Assembly (NCBI GenBank): GCA_944326555.1
Contig: CALVEK010000009.1
Location: 13,778-77,777, forward strand
Direction of reading: 5' to 3'
Length of the DNA: 64,000 nt
Origin: Candidatus Gastranaerophilales bacterium
GTDB taxonomy: Bacteria; Cyanobacteriota; Vampirovibrionia; Gastranaerophilales; Gastranaerophilaceae
Below the pieces are notes generated by a model that ran no database searches, was not told the DNA's origin, and saw nothing but the letters and a program-made list of their open reading frames with translations. This document shows, one piece after another, positions 27,577 to 36,524 of this stretch (positions are counted from its first letter, which is position 1; every line of letters starts with the position of its first letter). Position numbers and translations under genes: made by a program.

Positions 27577-28014
27577 TTGATACAAAAAACTAATAATATA
27601 TCTTTTAAGAGTGTCTTTTTATTTCCATCAATAAACAATCTTGCTGAACAAAATCGTCAAAAAGTTGATAAAGGAATAAAGGTTACCCAAGATTTGTTTC
27701 CCCAAAATGATGTTTTTCTCGGTGCTGATGAACAAGGGGAGTTGACAATACAAGTACAAAAAACTAATCCTCTAAAATATCTCTTAGAGCCTGATATAGC
27801 AGAACACATTAACCTAAATCCGCAAGAAATACTAGCTCTTATAAATGTGGTAACAATGCTGCAAGCAAGTTATGATAAATTATGGAATAAAAAACAACCG
27901 TTGTTAACGGATAAAACCACTCATATAGACAAAATGCAAGATATAGAAGTAATAAAAAAAATCACAGATACCGTAATAGATTTCAATGAAAAATACCAAG
28001 AACCATTAAACTAA
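27577..28014 (+). CDS. Hypothetical protein
   Basis: 145 aa with a TTG start preceded by GTGAGG 6 nt upstream. A hairpin follows the stop. Confidence 0.55.
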   Translation: MIQKTNNISFKSVFLFPSINNLAEQNRQKVDKGIKVTQDLFPQNDVFLGADEQGELTIQVQKTNPLKYLLEPDIAEHINLNPQEILALINVVTMLQASYDKLWNKKQPLLTDKTTHIDKMQDIEVIKKITDTVIDFNEKYQEPLN

Positions 28015-28015
28015 A

Positions 28016-28041
28016 AAGCCGCCCATTTAAATGAGCAGCTT
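28016..28041 (-). terminator. Intrinsic terminator of the rubredoxin-FDP operon (weaker in + orientation)
   Basis: 10-bp stem (28016-28025 / 28032-28041). As minus-strand RNA it is fully paired with two G-U pairs and followed by U5. As plus-strand RNA it has two C-A mismatches but a T6 run. Confidence 0.65.
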
Positions 28042-28092
28042 TTTTATTTCTATACTTAATTTAGATCTTTATTTGTATGTTTTTACAGCTGA

Positions 28093-29274
28093 TTACAGAG
28101 CTTTATGTTTTTCAATAATCTGTTCTGCAAGAACATCAATTTTTTCAAAATCTTCAGTTCTTGGTTGGCCTTTAACAACGACATAGTCAAGTTTTTCAGG
28201 CTTAATGATAGTAAACATATTTTCAATAACACCTGTAAGATTTCCGCCCCATCCAAAAGAGCCGATTATAGAATAATATCTGAGTTTTGGTCTTAAAGCA
28301 TTAACTAAATAAGCGGCAGTAACAGCAGCAGGATGAGGACCTGCAAGAACCATTGAAGAACCCAAAACAACTGTAGCACAGTCAACCAGTTCCATAGATA
28401 GTGCACCCTCATCGCAATGTACCAAGTCAAAAACTTTTACATCAATACCGGCAGCTTCAAGTTTTTTGGTTAATCTTTCTACCAACATTGTTGTACTTTC
28501 GTACATCGAAACATAAGGAATAACTACTTTGTTCTCTACTCTGTCAGATGTCCAATCTGCATACAAATCCAAAATCCATTGCGGTTTGTCATAAACAGGA
28601 CCATGGCTTGGAAGAACATAATCAACTTCCATACCTTTAACTTTGTCTGTATATTTTTTTGCAAAGTTTCTAAACGGCATGATAATTTCTGCATAGTATC
28701 TTTTTGCAGCTTCTACCAAATCTTCTGAGTAATCGGCAAACAGCTCATGTTTAGTGTAATGAGAGCCCAAAAAGTCGCATGTAAACAACATTTTGTCTTC
28801 TTTTATGTAAGAAAACATTGTATCAGGCCAATGTACAAAAGGTGCAATTATAAATTGAACAGTCTTGTCGCCAAGAGAAAGCTCATCACCATCGTTGATT
28901 ACGATAAATTTATCCTCATCAACGTGAAGCATATTCATAACATTCTCTTTTACCTTGGCATTGGTTACAACTTTTGCCTCAGGGAACATTTCCAAAAGCA
29001 TTGGGATACCGCCTGAATGGTCTTGTTCAGCATGGTTAGAAATAATATAATCTACCTTTGTTATATTATTTTCCTGCAATCTTGCTTTGTATTCGTCCAA
29101 TTTTTTAGGATAATCGGTATCTACGATAGCTGTTTTTTCACTACCTTTGATTAAATATGAGTTGTAAGTAGTACCTTGAGGTAACGGCACTAATTGGTCA
29201 AACAGTTTTCTGTTGGCATCTTTTGAACCAATATAGAAAACATTGTTGTTTATTTCTCTTATTTTTAAATCCAT
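28093..29274 (-). CDS. Flavodiiron protein (rubredoxin:oxygen/NO oxidoreductase type)
   Basis: 393 aa with a metallo-beta-lactamase-like domain carrying the di-iron motif HAEQDH and a C-terminal flavodoxin-like domain. SD AAGGAG. It lies directly downstream of rubredoxin. Confidence 0.9.
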   Translation of the reverse strand: MDLKIREINNNVFYIGSKDANRKLFDQLVPLPQGTTYNSYLIKGSEKTAIVDTDYPKKLDEYKARLQENNITKVDYIISNHAEQDHSGGIPMLLEMFPEAKVVTNAKVKENVMNMLHVDEDKFIVINDGDELSLGDKTVQFIIAPFVHWPDTMFSYIKEDKMLFTCDFLGSHYTKHELFADYSEDLVEAAKRYYAEIIMPFRNFAKKYTDKVKGMEVDYVLPSHGPVYDKPQWILDLYADWTSDRVENKVVIPYVSMYESTTMLVERLTKKLEAAGIDVKVFDLVHCDEGALSMELVDCATVVLGSSMVLAGPHPAAVTAAYLVNALRPKLRYYSIIGSFGWGGNLTGVIENMFTIIKPEKLDYVVVKGQPRTEDFEKIDVLAEQIIEKHKAL

Positions 29275-29341
29275 GGCTAGTTCTCCTTATCTTATTAAGG
29301 GGATTTCACTGCCAAAAATCCTTGACTATTAAATCAGATGT

Positions 29342-29479
29342 CTAAGCCTTAGTGAATTGGTCTTTACCGACAGCACAAACAGGGCATATCCAATCTGCAG
29401 GTAAATCATCAAAAGCAACATCATCGTGTTCTTTGGGGTCATATTCATAACCGCATACAAGACAAATATAAGTATCCAT
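29342..29479 (-). CDS. Rubredoxin
   Basis: 45-aa ORF below the ORF-track cut-off: [45 protein letters not shown]. It has the two CxxC knuckles (CLVC, CPVC) and SD AAGGAG 8 nt upstream. Confidence 0.9.
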   Translation of the reverse strand: MDTYICLVCGYEYDPKEHDDVAFDDLPADWICPVCAVGKDQFTKA

Positions 29480-29574
29480 CGTTATGCTCCTTTAGTTTTT
29501 TATTTACCTGAGCAGTATAAATTATTAAACTATAAAAATAAATCGCCGTACAGGCTAGATTAAAGTTTGTAAAT

Positions 29575-29604
29575 TTGCATTGACGTTTATATAAACGCTA
29601 TAAT
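29575..29604 (+). promoter_or_regulatory. Sigma70-type promoter with palindromic spacer, 6 nt from the helicase ATG
   Basis: TTGCAT (29575-29580), 18 nt, then TATAAT (29599-29604), with the ATG at 29611. The spacer contains the perfect 14-nt palindrome CGTTTATATAAACG (29584-29597). Confidence 0.55.
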
Positions 29605-29610
29605 ACGGAT

Positions 29611-31608
29611 ATGGAAAATCTTACGGAACAAAAATCTTCTGTACCGACAGCAAAAAAATATGTCTTGAAAAAACAAGAAACAAAAGCCCAGTACAGAATA
29701 GATTATGAAAAAGAACTTAATCCCGCACAGTTAGAAGCCGTCAAAACCCAAAACGGTTCTGTTTTGGTGATTGCAGGTGCAGGTTCGGGCAAAACAAAAA
29801 CTCTTACCTACAGAGTAGCAAGGCTTATAGAAAGCGGAATAAAACCCGAAAACATATTACTTTTAACGTTTACCAAAAAAGCTGCGGATGAAATGCTAAA
29901 CAGAGCGGTTATGATTCTTGATTCAAGATGTGAAAAAGTAGCAGGCGGCACTTTCCACTCATTTTCCAATTATATCTTGAGAAAATACTCTAATCTTCTT
30001 GAACTCCAAAACAACTTTACAATTATCGATCGTGCGGATGCAGAAGATGTAATAAACCATATAAGAAGTAAAGTTATAGAAAAGCAGGAAAAAAGATTCC
30101 CTCGAAAAGCGACAATTCTTGACATTTATTCTAAAGCAATAAACAAAAATATGACTGCAGAAGCTGTTATAGAAAGCGAATACAATCAGTTTTCACACGC
30201 AACAGAAAAAATAAATGAAATTTCAAGACAATATATAGCATACAAAAGAGCAAACAGTCTGCTTGATTACGATGATTTGCTGCTATATTTAAGAACCCTG
30301 CTACAATGCAACGAGCAGGTAAGAAAAACCCTCTCAAATCAATACAAATACATAATGATAGACGAATATCAAGATACAAACGCACTCCAAGCCGATATAA
30401 TCAAACTGCTTGCGTCAGAACACAACAATGTGATGGCAGTAGGCGACGATTCACAAAGCATTTATTCCTTTAGAGGGGCAAATTTCAGAAATATTCTGGA
30501 TTTCCCTCATATATTTCCAAATACCAAAATAATTAAACTTGAGCAGAATTACAGAAGTTCGCAAAACATACTTGCTCTAACAAACAGAGTTATTGAAAGA
30601 GCAAAAGAAAAATACACAAAGAATCTGTTTTCAACAATCGACTATCCTGAAAAACCGGCGCTAATCTGCACAAACGATATGCAAACGGAAGCGGAATTTG
30701 TAGCACAAAGAGTACTGGAACTGCAAGAAGAAGATATCTCACTAAACGAAATAGCCGTACTCTGCCGCAGTGCCAGAATGACATACAATCTTGAGATAGA
30801 ACTGGCAAAAAGGAGTATTCCTTACAGAAAATTTGGCGGACTAAAATTTATAGAAACAGCACACATAAAAGATGTTATTGCACATCTTAGAGTAATTCTT
30901 AATCCGCAAGATATAATAAGCCTTAATCGTATACTTCTTTTATTGGACGGAGTCGGAAACCAAACAGCAATGAAACTTATTCCGATTCTATCAAAAGATA
31001 ATATTCAAACAGACAAACTTATGCTGCCGACAAAAAGCAGTGATAACATAAAAAAACTTTTTACCACACTTGAAACACAACGCAAAAATCTTCTAAAACC
31101 ATCTATAATAGTTGAAAAAGTAATCTCATACTATGAACCAATATTGATGGCAAAATACGATGATTACACAAAAAGATTAAAAGATTTAGAGCATTTTTAT
31201 TACCTTTCAACACAATACAACACGCTGGAAAACTTTCTGAGCGACTTAGCACTTGAGCCGCCTGATAGCTCTGTAGCAGAGGTAGAAGATGGAGCACAAA
31301 AAGACGAATATCTTACACTCTCTACAATCCATAGTGCAAAAGGTCTTGAATGGAAAGCCGTATTTATCATAGGAGCAGTAGACGGAAGATTTCCGAGTGT
31401 TTATTCTTTTAACTCGGAAGAAGAACTGGACGAAGAACTCCGCCTTATGTATGTTGCTGCAACAAGAGCAAAAACTTATCTATACATCACCTACCCTATT
31501 GATATGTTTGACCACGCAACAGGTATGGTTCTGTCTAAACCGTCAAGATTTTTGGATGGGATACAAGAAGATATCTTAGAAAAATGGATACTCGAAACGG
31601 AAGAATAA
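29611..31608 (+). CDS. UvrD/PcrA/Rep-family ATP-dependent DNA helicase
   Basis: 665 aa with helicase motifs GAGSGKT, DEYQDTN, VGDDSQSIYSFRGA, LEQNYRS, STIHSAKGLEW and YVAATRAK. Confidence 0.9.
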   Translation: MENLTEQKSSVPTAKKYVLKKQETKAQYRIDYEKELNPAQLEAVKTQNGSVLVIAGAGSGKTKTLTYRVARLIESGIKPENILLLTFTKKAADEMLNRAVMILDSRCEKVAGGTFHSFSNYILRKYSNLLELQNNFTIIDRADAEDVINHIRSKVIEKQEKRFPRKATILDIYSKAINKNMTAEAVIESEYNQFSHATEKINEISRQYIAYKRANSLLDYDDLLLYLRTLLQCNEQVRKTLSNQYKYIMIDEYQDTNALQADIIKLLASEHNNVMAVGDDSQSIYSFRGANFRNILDFPHIFPNTKIIKLEQNYRSSQNILALTNRVIERAKEKYTKNLFSTIDYPEKPALICTNDMQTEAEFVAQRVLELQEEDISLNEIAVLCRSARMTYNLEIELAKRSIPYRKFGGLKFIETAHIKDVIAHLRVILNPQDIISLNRILLLLDGVGNQTAMKLIPILSKDNIQTDKLMLPTKSSDNIKKLFTTLETQRKNLLKPSIIVEKVISYYEPILMAKYDDYTKRLKDLEHFYYLSTQYNTLENFLSDLALEPPDSSVAEVEDGAQKDEYLTLSTIHSAKGLEWKAVFIIGAVDGRFPSVYSFNSEEELDEELRLMYVAATRAKTYLYITYPIDMFDHATGMVLSKPSRFLDGIQEDILEKWILETEE

Positions 31609-31824
31609 TAATATAATTCAACTGAACCGGCATATACAATGTTTATTAGCTTTATTTGTTCCTTATCACAAATTTTAAGCAAACATTTATACATATAGTC
31701 TTGCAAAATTCATACTTTAGTTGTACAAACACCAAACTTATATATAGTTAATATTGTTTTTTAGATAATTCATAATACTTATGGATATCTATATACTACT
31801 AAATAGGGATATTTTTTATAACAT

Positions 31825-33819
31825 ATGTTATCAGTACACTACAATCCTTCTGTGCTAAATACACAGAACAATTTATCGCATGCGACTAATGCCGTATCCA
31901 CAGCATTAGAGCGGATGAGCACGGGTTACAAGATAAACCGTGCAAGCGATGATGCCGCGGGATTGTTTATTGCCACAGGCCTAAATGCACAAATAAGAGG
32001 TTTGAAACAAGCACAAAAAAATGTAAATGATGGATTATCCATTATTTCCACCGCAGAAAGTGCTTTATCAAACATTACAGAACTGCTTAACAGGATAAGA
32101 GACTTGAGTGTTCAAGCTGCCAACAGTATCTATGACACTGACTCAAGAACTGCAATGCAGGCAGAAGCCAACGCCCTTATCGCAGAAATCGAACAAATAA
32201 AAAAAGGTACAAACTTTAATGGCAGACTCCTGTTTGCTAGCCCTGCAAATACTATTGCTACTGCAAGCTGGCAAGTAAATGCACCTACCATAAAAACTTC
32301 AACAACAAACACTACTGCTGCAACAGCAACCCCGTTAGCAACAACTAAAATCACTGAAGATGAAGCTATTGCACAGGGATATACAATAATAAAAACAGCT
32401 CAAGATTTGGATAACATAAGAAACAACTTGTCAGGCAAATATATTTTGATGAATGATATTGACCTGTCGTCTATTTCTAACTGGGATCCAATAGGAGATA
32501 TAGATACATCTACCGGAGATATAACAAATGGCTTTAGCGGAATATTAGAGGGTAACGGCTTTGCCATAAAAAATCTAAAAATCAACAGAGCATCAGAATA
32601 TGGTGTAGGACTTTTTTCAGGTATTAAAAATGCCAAAATCCAAAATTTAACAATAGATAATGTAAATGTTTCCGGAGGATTTGCAGTCGGGGGTCTGGCT
32701 GCGATAATAATTAACAGCGACATTGTAAACGTAAATATATCAGGCAGTATTACAGGTCAAAGTTACATTGGAGGATTAGCAGGTGTAATAGGAGATATAT
32801 CATCAACCCTGAAAGATAATTCCAATATCTCTTACTCTAGCTCAAGTTGTAATATAACAGCCAGTTTTGTATATTCACATGCAGGAAGTTTAGCAGGCGC
32901 ATCGCTTGCTAATATTAACAACTGTTTTGCAACAGGTAATGTATCAGGAAATGCATATCTTGGCGGATTAGTAGGTTCTGCAGCTTGTGAAATCAACAAC
33001 TGTTTTGCGACAGGTAATGTTACCGGTAATGAGCTATTGGGTGGAATAGCTGGAATGTTAGCGGGGAAAGCCACCATCTCGTATTGTTATGCAACAGGCA
33101 AAATAGTTGGTAATCAAAGTACTGGAGGGCTTGTTGGAGGTACTGATACAAGCTCAGTAACAACAATTAAAAATTCTTTTTTTGATACACAAAAAACGGG
33201 TCAAAACAATGTTCTTGGTCTAGATGTAGGCAATAACACAATATACAACGCATATGGTCTTACATCAAGTGAAATGCAAAATCCATCAAATTGGAACGGA
33301 TGGGACCCGGATATCTGGGATTTTTCTACATACCCGCCAACGCTAAAAGATATGCCGACAGGTGGAACAAACCCTCCCGATCCTCCAGATCCACCTGATC
33401 CCGATGATCCAAATACAAATGATTCAGGAAACATTCGCCTTCAAGTAGGTGCAAATGCTGATCCGCTGGCAAATGCTATATACTTTGATACAACATTCGA
33501 CTTTGACGGTTTTACCGTAGATTTTTCCACGGCAGATTCTGCTGCTGCATCAATTGATACAGTCGACAATCTTTTGGCTGAAATCAGCAAAAAAACATCT
33601 GAATTTGGCGCAATCATGAATAGACTAGATGGAATTTTGCAAGCACAAATTACTCAAATCGAAAACTTCACTGCCGCAAAATCTACAATCATGGATGCAG
33701 ATATAGCTTCAGAATCAGCAGAATACGTAAGAAACCAAATCCTGCAACAAACCAGCTCCACATTACTTACTCAAGCACAAAATGTCAACAGCTCTGTTAT
33801 ATTAGCACTTTTACGATAA
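31825..33819 (+). CDS. Flagellin with a large GLUG-repeat central domain
   Basis: 664 aa. The N-terminal flagellin D0/D1 carries GYKINRASDDAAGL, and the C-terminal D1/D0 carries NRLDGILQAQITQIENFTAAKSTIMDADIASESAEYVRNQILQQ. The central 400 aa or so hold repeats with GGLAG/GGLVG/GGIAG and a PPDPPDPPDPDDP linker. Confidence 0.9.
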   Translation: MLSVHYNPSVLNTQNNLSHATNAVSTALERMSTGYKINRASDDAAGLFIATGLNAQIRGLKQAQKNVNDGLSIISTAESALSNITELLNRIRDLSVQAANSIYDTDSRTAMQAEANALIAEIEQIKKGTNFNGRLLFASPANTIATASWQVNAPTIKTSTTNTTAATATPLATTKITEDEAIAQGYTIIKTAQDLDNIRNNLSGKYILMNDIDLSSISNWDPIGDIDTSTGDITNGFSGILEGNGFAIKNLKINRASEYGVGLFSGIKNAKIQNLTIDNVNVSGGFAVGGLAAIIINSDIVNVNISGSITGQSYIGGLAGVIGDISSTLKDNSNISYSSSSCNITASFVYSHAGSLAGASLANINNCFATGNVSGNAYLGGLVGSAACEINNCFATGNVTGNELLGGIAGMLAGKATISYCYATGKIVGNQSTGGLVGGTDTSSVTTIKNSFFDTQKTGQNNVLGLDVGNNTIYNAYGLTSSEMQNPSNWNGWDPDIWDFSTYPPTLKDMPTGGTNPPDPPDPPDPDDPNTNDSGNIRLQVGANADPLANAIYFDTTFDFDGFTVDFSTADSAAASIDTVDNLLAEISKKTSEFGAIMNRLDGILQAQITQIENFTAAKSTIMDADIASESAEYVRNQILQQTSSTLLTQAQNVNSSVILALLR

Positions 33820-33880
33820 TTTATCAGTATTTTTATAAAAGATTAAAATATCATAAACTTTATCTGCTATAATTAGTCTT

Positions 33881-34756
33881 GTGAAAAATTTAATTAAAAA
33901 AATATGCGAAGACAAAAATGCTGGTAAAATACTTTTGTTGCCCGCACTTGTAGGAACTGTAATTTTTATTATAATACCCGTTATTTTTTCGCTATACTTG
34001 AGCTTTTGCAGTTGGGATTTAATTACACCGATAAAATTTGTAGGCATTGAAAATTACAAAAATCTTTTAACAGGAACTCAGTTTTATCAAATATTAAAAA
34101 ACACCTTTGTTTTTGCCTTTTCAACAGCAATAATCTCAATAATCATCCCTCTTATATTAGCAGCAGTTATCAACAGCAAAATCAGAGGAAGCGAGTTTTT
34201 TAAAACTGCATATTTTTTGCCGTTTATCACACCAATGATAGTAATAGCAATAGTTTGGGAATGGATTTTTGACCCCAATAACGGTCTTTTAAACTACATT
34301 CTAAAAGCAAATATAAATTGGCTTTATGATACTAAAACTGCTATGATTGCACTGATAATTGTTTCTTCTTGGAAACTAATCGGATACAACATGGTTATAT
34401 TCCTTTCGGGCTTCTCCGGGATAAATCAAAACATATATGAATCAGCCAAAATTGACGGTTCTAATCCTATCCAAACTTTTTTTAAAATAACGCTACCGCT
34501 CTTAAGCCCTACTATATTTTTTGTGCTTATCATAACGACAATTTCTTCTTTTCAGGTATTTGACCTGATATATCTGATGACCAAAGGAGGCCCGTTAGAC
34601 TCTACAAATGTACTCGTGTATTGGATATACAAAAACGCATTTGAATTTTTTAACACAGGAGAGGCCTCTGCAGGCGCTTACATATTATTCTTAATAATAC
34701 TCCTTTTGACTATACTGCAATGGAAAACACGTAAAAAATGGGTCTATAACGAATAA
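33881..34756 (+). CDS. Carbohydrate ABC-transporter permease (MalF/UgpA-like), orphan
   Basis: 291 aa with 6 TM segments and the EAA loop YESAKIDGSNPIQTFFKITLPLLSP. It has a GTG start. No ATPase, partner permease or binding-protein gene is nearby. Confidence 0.8.
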   Translation: MKNLIKKICEDKNAGKILLLPALVGTVIFIIIPVIFSLYLSFCSWDLITPIKFVGIENYKNLLTGTQFYQILKNTFVFAFSTAIISIIIPLILAAVINSKIRGSEFFKTAYFLPFITPMIVIAIVWEWIFDPNNGLLNYILKANINWLYDTKTAMIALIIVSSWKLIGYNMVIFLSGFSGINQNIYESAKIDGSNPIQTFFKITLPLLSPTIFFVLIITTISSFQVFDLIYLMTKGGPLDSTNVLVYWIYKNAFEFFNTGEASAGAYILFLIILLLTILQWKTRKKWVYNE

Positions 34757-35322
34757 ATCAAAGAACCTATAATCGACTCAAGTTCATCTAAAGCCCTTGT
34801 TAAATCGTCATTTACAACTTTGTAGTCATAATATTTTGAACATTCAATTTCTCTATATGCTTCATGCAAACGACCTTGGATAGTGTTTTCGTCTTCAGTA
34901 TTGCGGCCTCTCAAACGATTTTCTAACTCTTCCAAAGATGGGGGCAAAATAAATATCAAAACAGCATCAGGTATTTTTTGTTTAATTTGAAGAGCACCTT
35001 TTGTTTCTATTTCAAGAATCAAATTTTCACCTTTAGCAAGAGTTTTTTTAACCCAAGCCTCTTTTGTTCCGTAACAATTACCGTTAAATTCAGTCCATTC
35101 CAGAAACTCATTATTTTTTACAGAATTTTCAAAATCCTCTCTATTTGTAAAAAAATAATTTACACCATCTGTTTCTCCCGGACGAGGATTTCTGGTTGTT
35201 GCAGATATAGACAGCTTTAAATCGGGATGCCTTTTTAAAAGCTCTTTTAACAAAGTACCTTTACCCACACCCGATGAGCCTGATATAACGAATAATTTAC
35301 CTTTATTTATCTCTTTTTCCAT
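34744..35322 (-). CDS. gmk: Guanylate kinase
   Basis: The start is taken at MEKEINKGKLFVISGSSGVGKGT (Met24 of the listed ORF). P-loop GSSGVGKGT and the RNPRPGE motif are present. Its 3' end overlaps the permease gene by 13 nt. Confidence 0.9.
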   Translation of the reverse strand: MEKEINKGKLFVISGSSGVGKGTLLKELLKRHPDLKLSISATTRNPRPGETDGVNYFFTNREDFENSVKNNEFLEWTEFNGNCYGTKEAWVKKTLAKGENLILEIETKGALQIKQKIPDAVLIFILPPSLEELENRLRGRNTEDENTIQGRLHEAYREIECSKYYDYKVVNDDLTRALDELESIIGSLIYSL

Positions 35323-35476
35323 ATTGAAAATATTATACATTACAAAAAAAATTTGTGTCATATATAAAAAATTTTTTAAAAAATTAAACAAAACGGAAAA
35401 TACATTAAATTATTCTAAAAAAATAATGTTATTGTCTTATTTGTTTTTGTCCGTAAGGATTAGGAAGTAAAAGACA

Positions 35477-36364
35477 ATGAGGTTTTTTAAAAATAAAAAT
35501 CTAAACAAGCATTGCACAAAACGCAAGCAAATTTTGGATACGTTGCGTGCAAAAAATCTTTGTCTTAAAAAATCACTTAAACAAAAAGAAAAAGAAATTA
35601 ATCTGCTAAAAGAAAAATACAATAACCTAAAACAAAGTAACAAAACAAAACTTGAATACATTACATATCTTTCACACGAATTCAAAACTCCACTTAATGC
35701 AATAATTGGATTTACATCCCTTATCCAAGAGCAAGAGATTCCCAGAGAAAAGGAACTTAAATTTCTCGACAATATCCTAAAAGCAGCAAGACACCTGCTA
35801 AAACTTACCACCTATACAACCGATATGTCTAAAGCCGAAACGGATAAACTAAAACTTAATTACAGCGAATTTACCCCGAATGAACAAATATATGAAATAA
35901 TAGAAATTTTAGAAGAAAAATTAACACAAAAACATATAAAATTAACGCTTAACCTGACTGACATATCAATAATTGCCGACAAATTAAGATTTAAACAACT
36001 GGTATATAATTTTGTAGGCAATGCCATAAAGTACAACAGACTTGGCGGAGAAATAGAAATAACAACTTCTGTCTGTAATTCTAACTACTATTTTGAAATA
36101 AGAGATACAGGCAAAGGAATACCCAAAGCAGAACAAGACAAGATATTTGAATTTTTCTCGGACATAGACAAATACAACTACAAAAAACAAAATGGAACAG
36201 GTATAGGTCTGTCTTTATCCAAAAAGATAATTAACTTGCACAGGGGAGAAATAAAATTCTCATCAAAAGAAAATGAAGGAACAATTTTCAGATTTTCACT
36301 GCCTTTAAAATCCTCTGCTATGAGCAAATTCCATGACATCCGAGAAATTTCTCGAAATTATTAA
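35477..36364 (+). CDS. Soluble orphan sensor histidine kinase (HisKA + HATPase_c only)
   Basis: 295 aa with an N-terminal coiled coil, H-box SHEFKTPLNAI, N-box GNAIKYN, G1 DTGKGIP and G2 GTGIGLSL. It has no TM or sensor domain, and no response regulator is adjacent. Confidence 0.85.
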   Translation: MRFFKNKNLNKHCTKRKQILDTLRAKNLCLKKSLKQKEKEINLLKEKYNNLKQSNKTKLEYITYLSHEFKTPLNAIIGFTSLIQEQEIPREKELKFLDNILKAARHLLKLTTYTTDMSKAETDKLKLNYSEFTPNEQIYEIIEILEEKLTQKHIKLTLNLTDISIIADKLRFKQLVYNFVGNAIKYNRLGGEIEITTSVCNSNYYFEIRDTGKGIPKAEQDKIFEFFSDIDKYNYKKQNGTGIGLSLSKKIINLHRGEIKFSSKENEGTIFRFSLPLKSSAMSKFHDIREISRNY

Positions 36365-36468
36365 TATATCTTCATTTTCATGTTGCATGGATATTTTTTT
36401 GTTCTAAAATTGGGTATATAAGGGATATTTGTGGACGGCATGTCATAAGTATCCGGTATAACTAACCG

Positions 36469-36506
36469 AAGGTTGAAAAAGCATAGAACAAAAGAGTTTC
36501 AACCTT
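36469..36506 (+). promoter_or_regulatory. Leader hairpin upstream of rpmI-rplT
   Basis: 10-bp stem AAGGTTGAAA (36469-36478) / TTTCAACCTT (36497-36506) with an 18-nt loop. It ends 5 nt before SD AAGGAG (36511-36516). Confidence 0.4.
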
Positions 36507-36524
36507 ATGAAAGGAGAAGAAACT

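Noticed and set aside
27577-27630. Shared N-terminal motif (I/V)-(S/T)-F-(K/R) among orphan proteins (NISFKS at 27577, TVSFKR in the 50803 ORF, FTFRQ at 26908) as a possible secretion tag
   Set aside because: The motif is too short and degenerate, and its positions differ (residues 7-12, 41-46 and 6-10). It is not distinguishable from chance without a genome-wide test.
31620-31824. Sigma28 or sigma54 promoter for the flagellin gene
   Set aside because: No TAAA-N15-GCCGATAA-like site is present. The only sigma54-like string, GGCAT-N6-TGT near 31628, lacks the conserved GC and lies about 195 nt upstream. The promoter type is therefore left undetermined.
35799-35826. TAAA-N16-ACCGATAT sigma28-like match inside the histidine kinase gene (also bare GCCGATAT/GCCGATAA octamers at 30391, 15655, 25974 and 55379)
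   Set aside because: All lie within coding sequence. The bare octamers lack an upstream TAAA at N14-16. For the site at 35799, one such chance match is plausible in a window of this size and it has no obvious downstream target. I kept only the two intergenic, correctly oriented sites.
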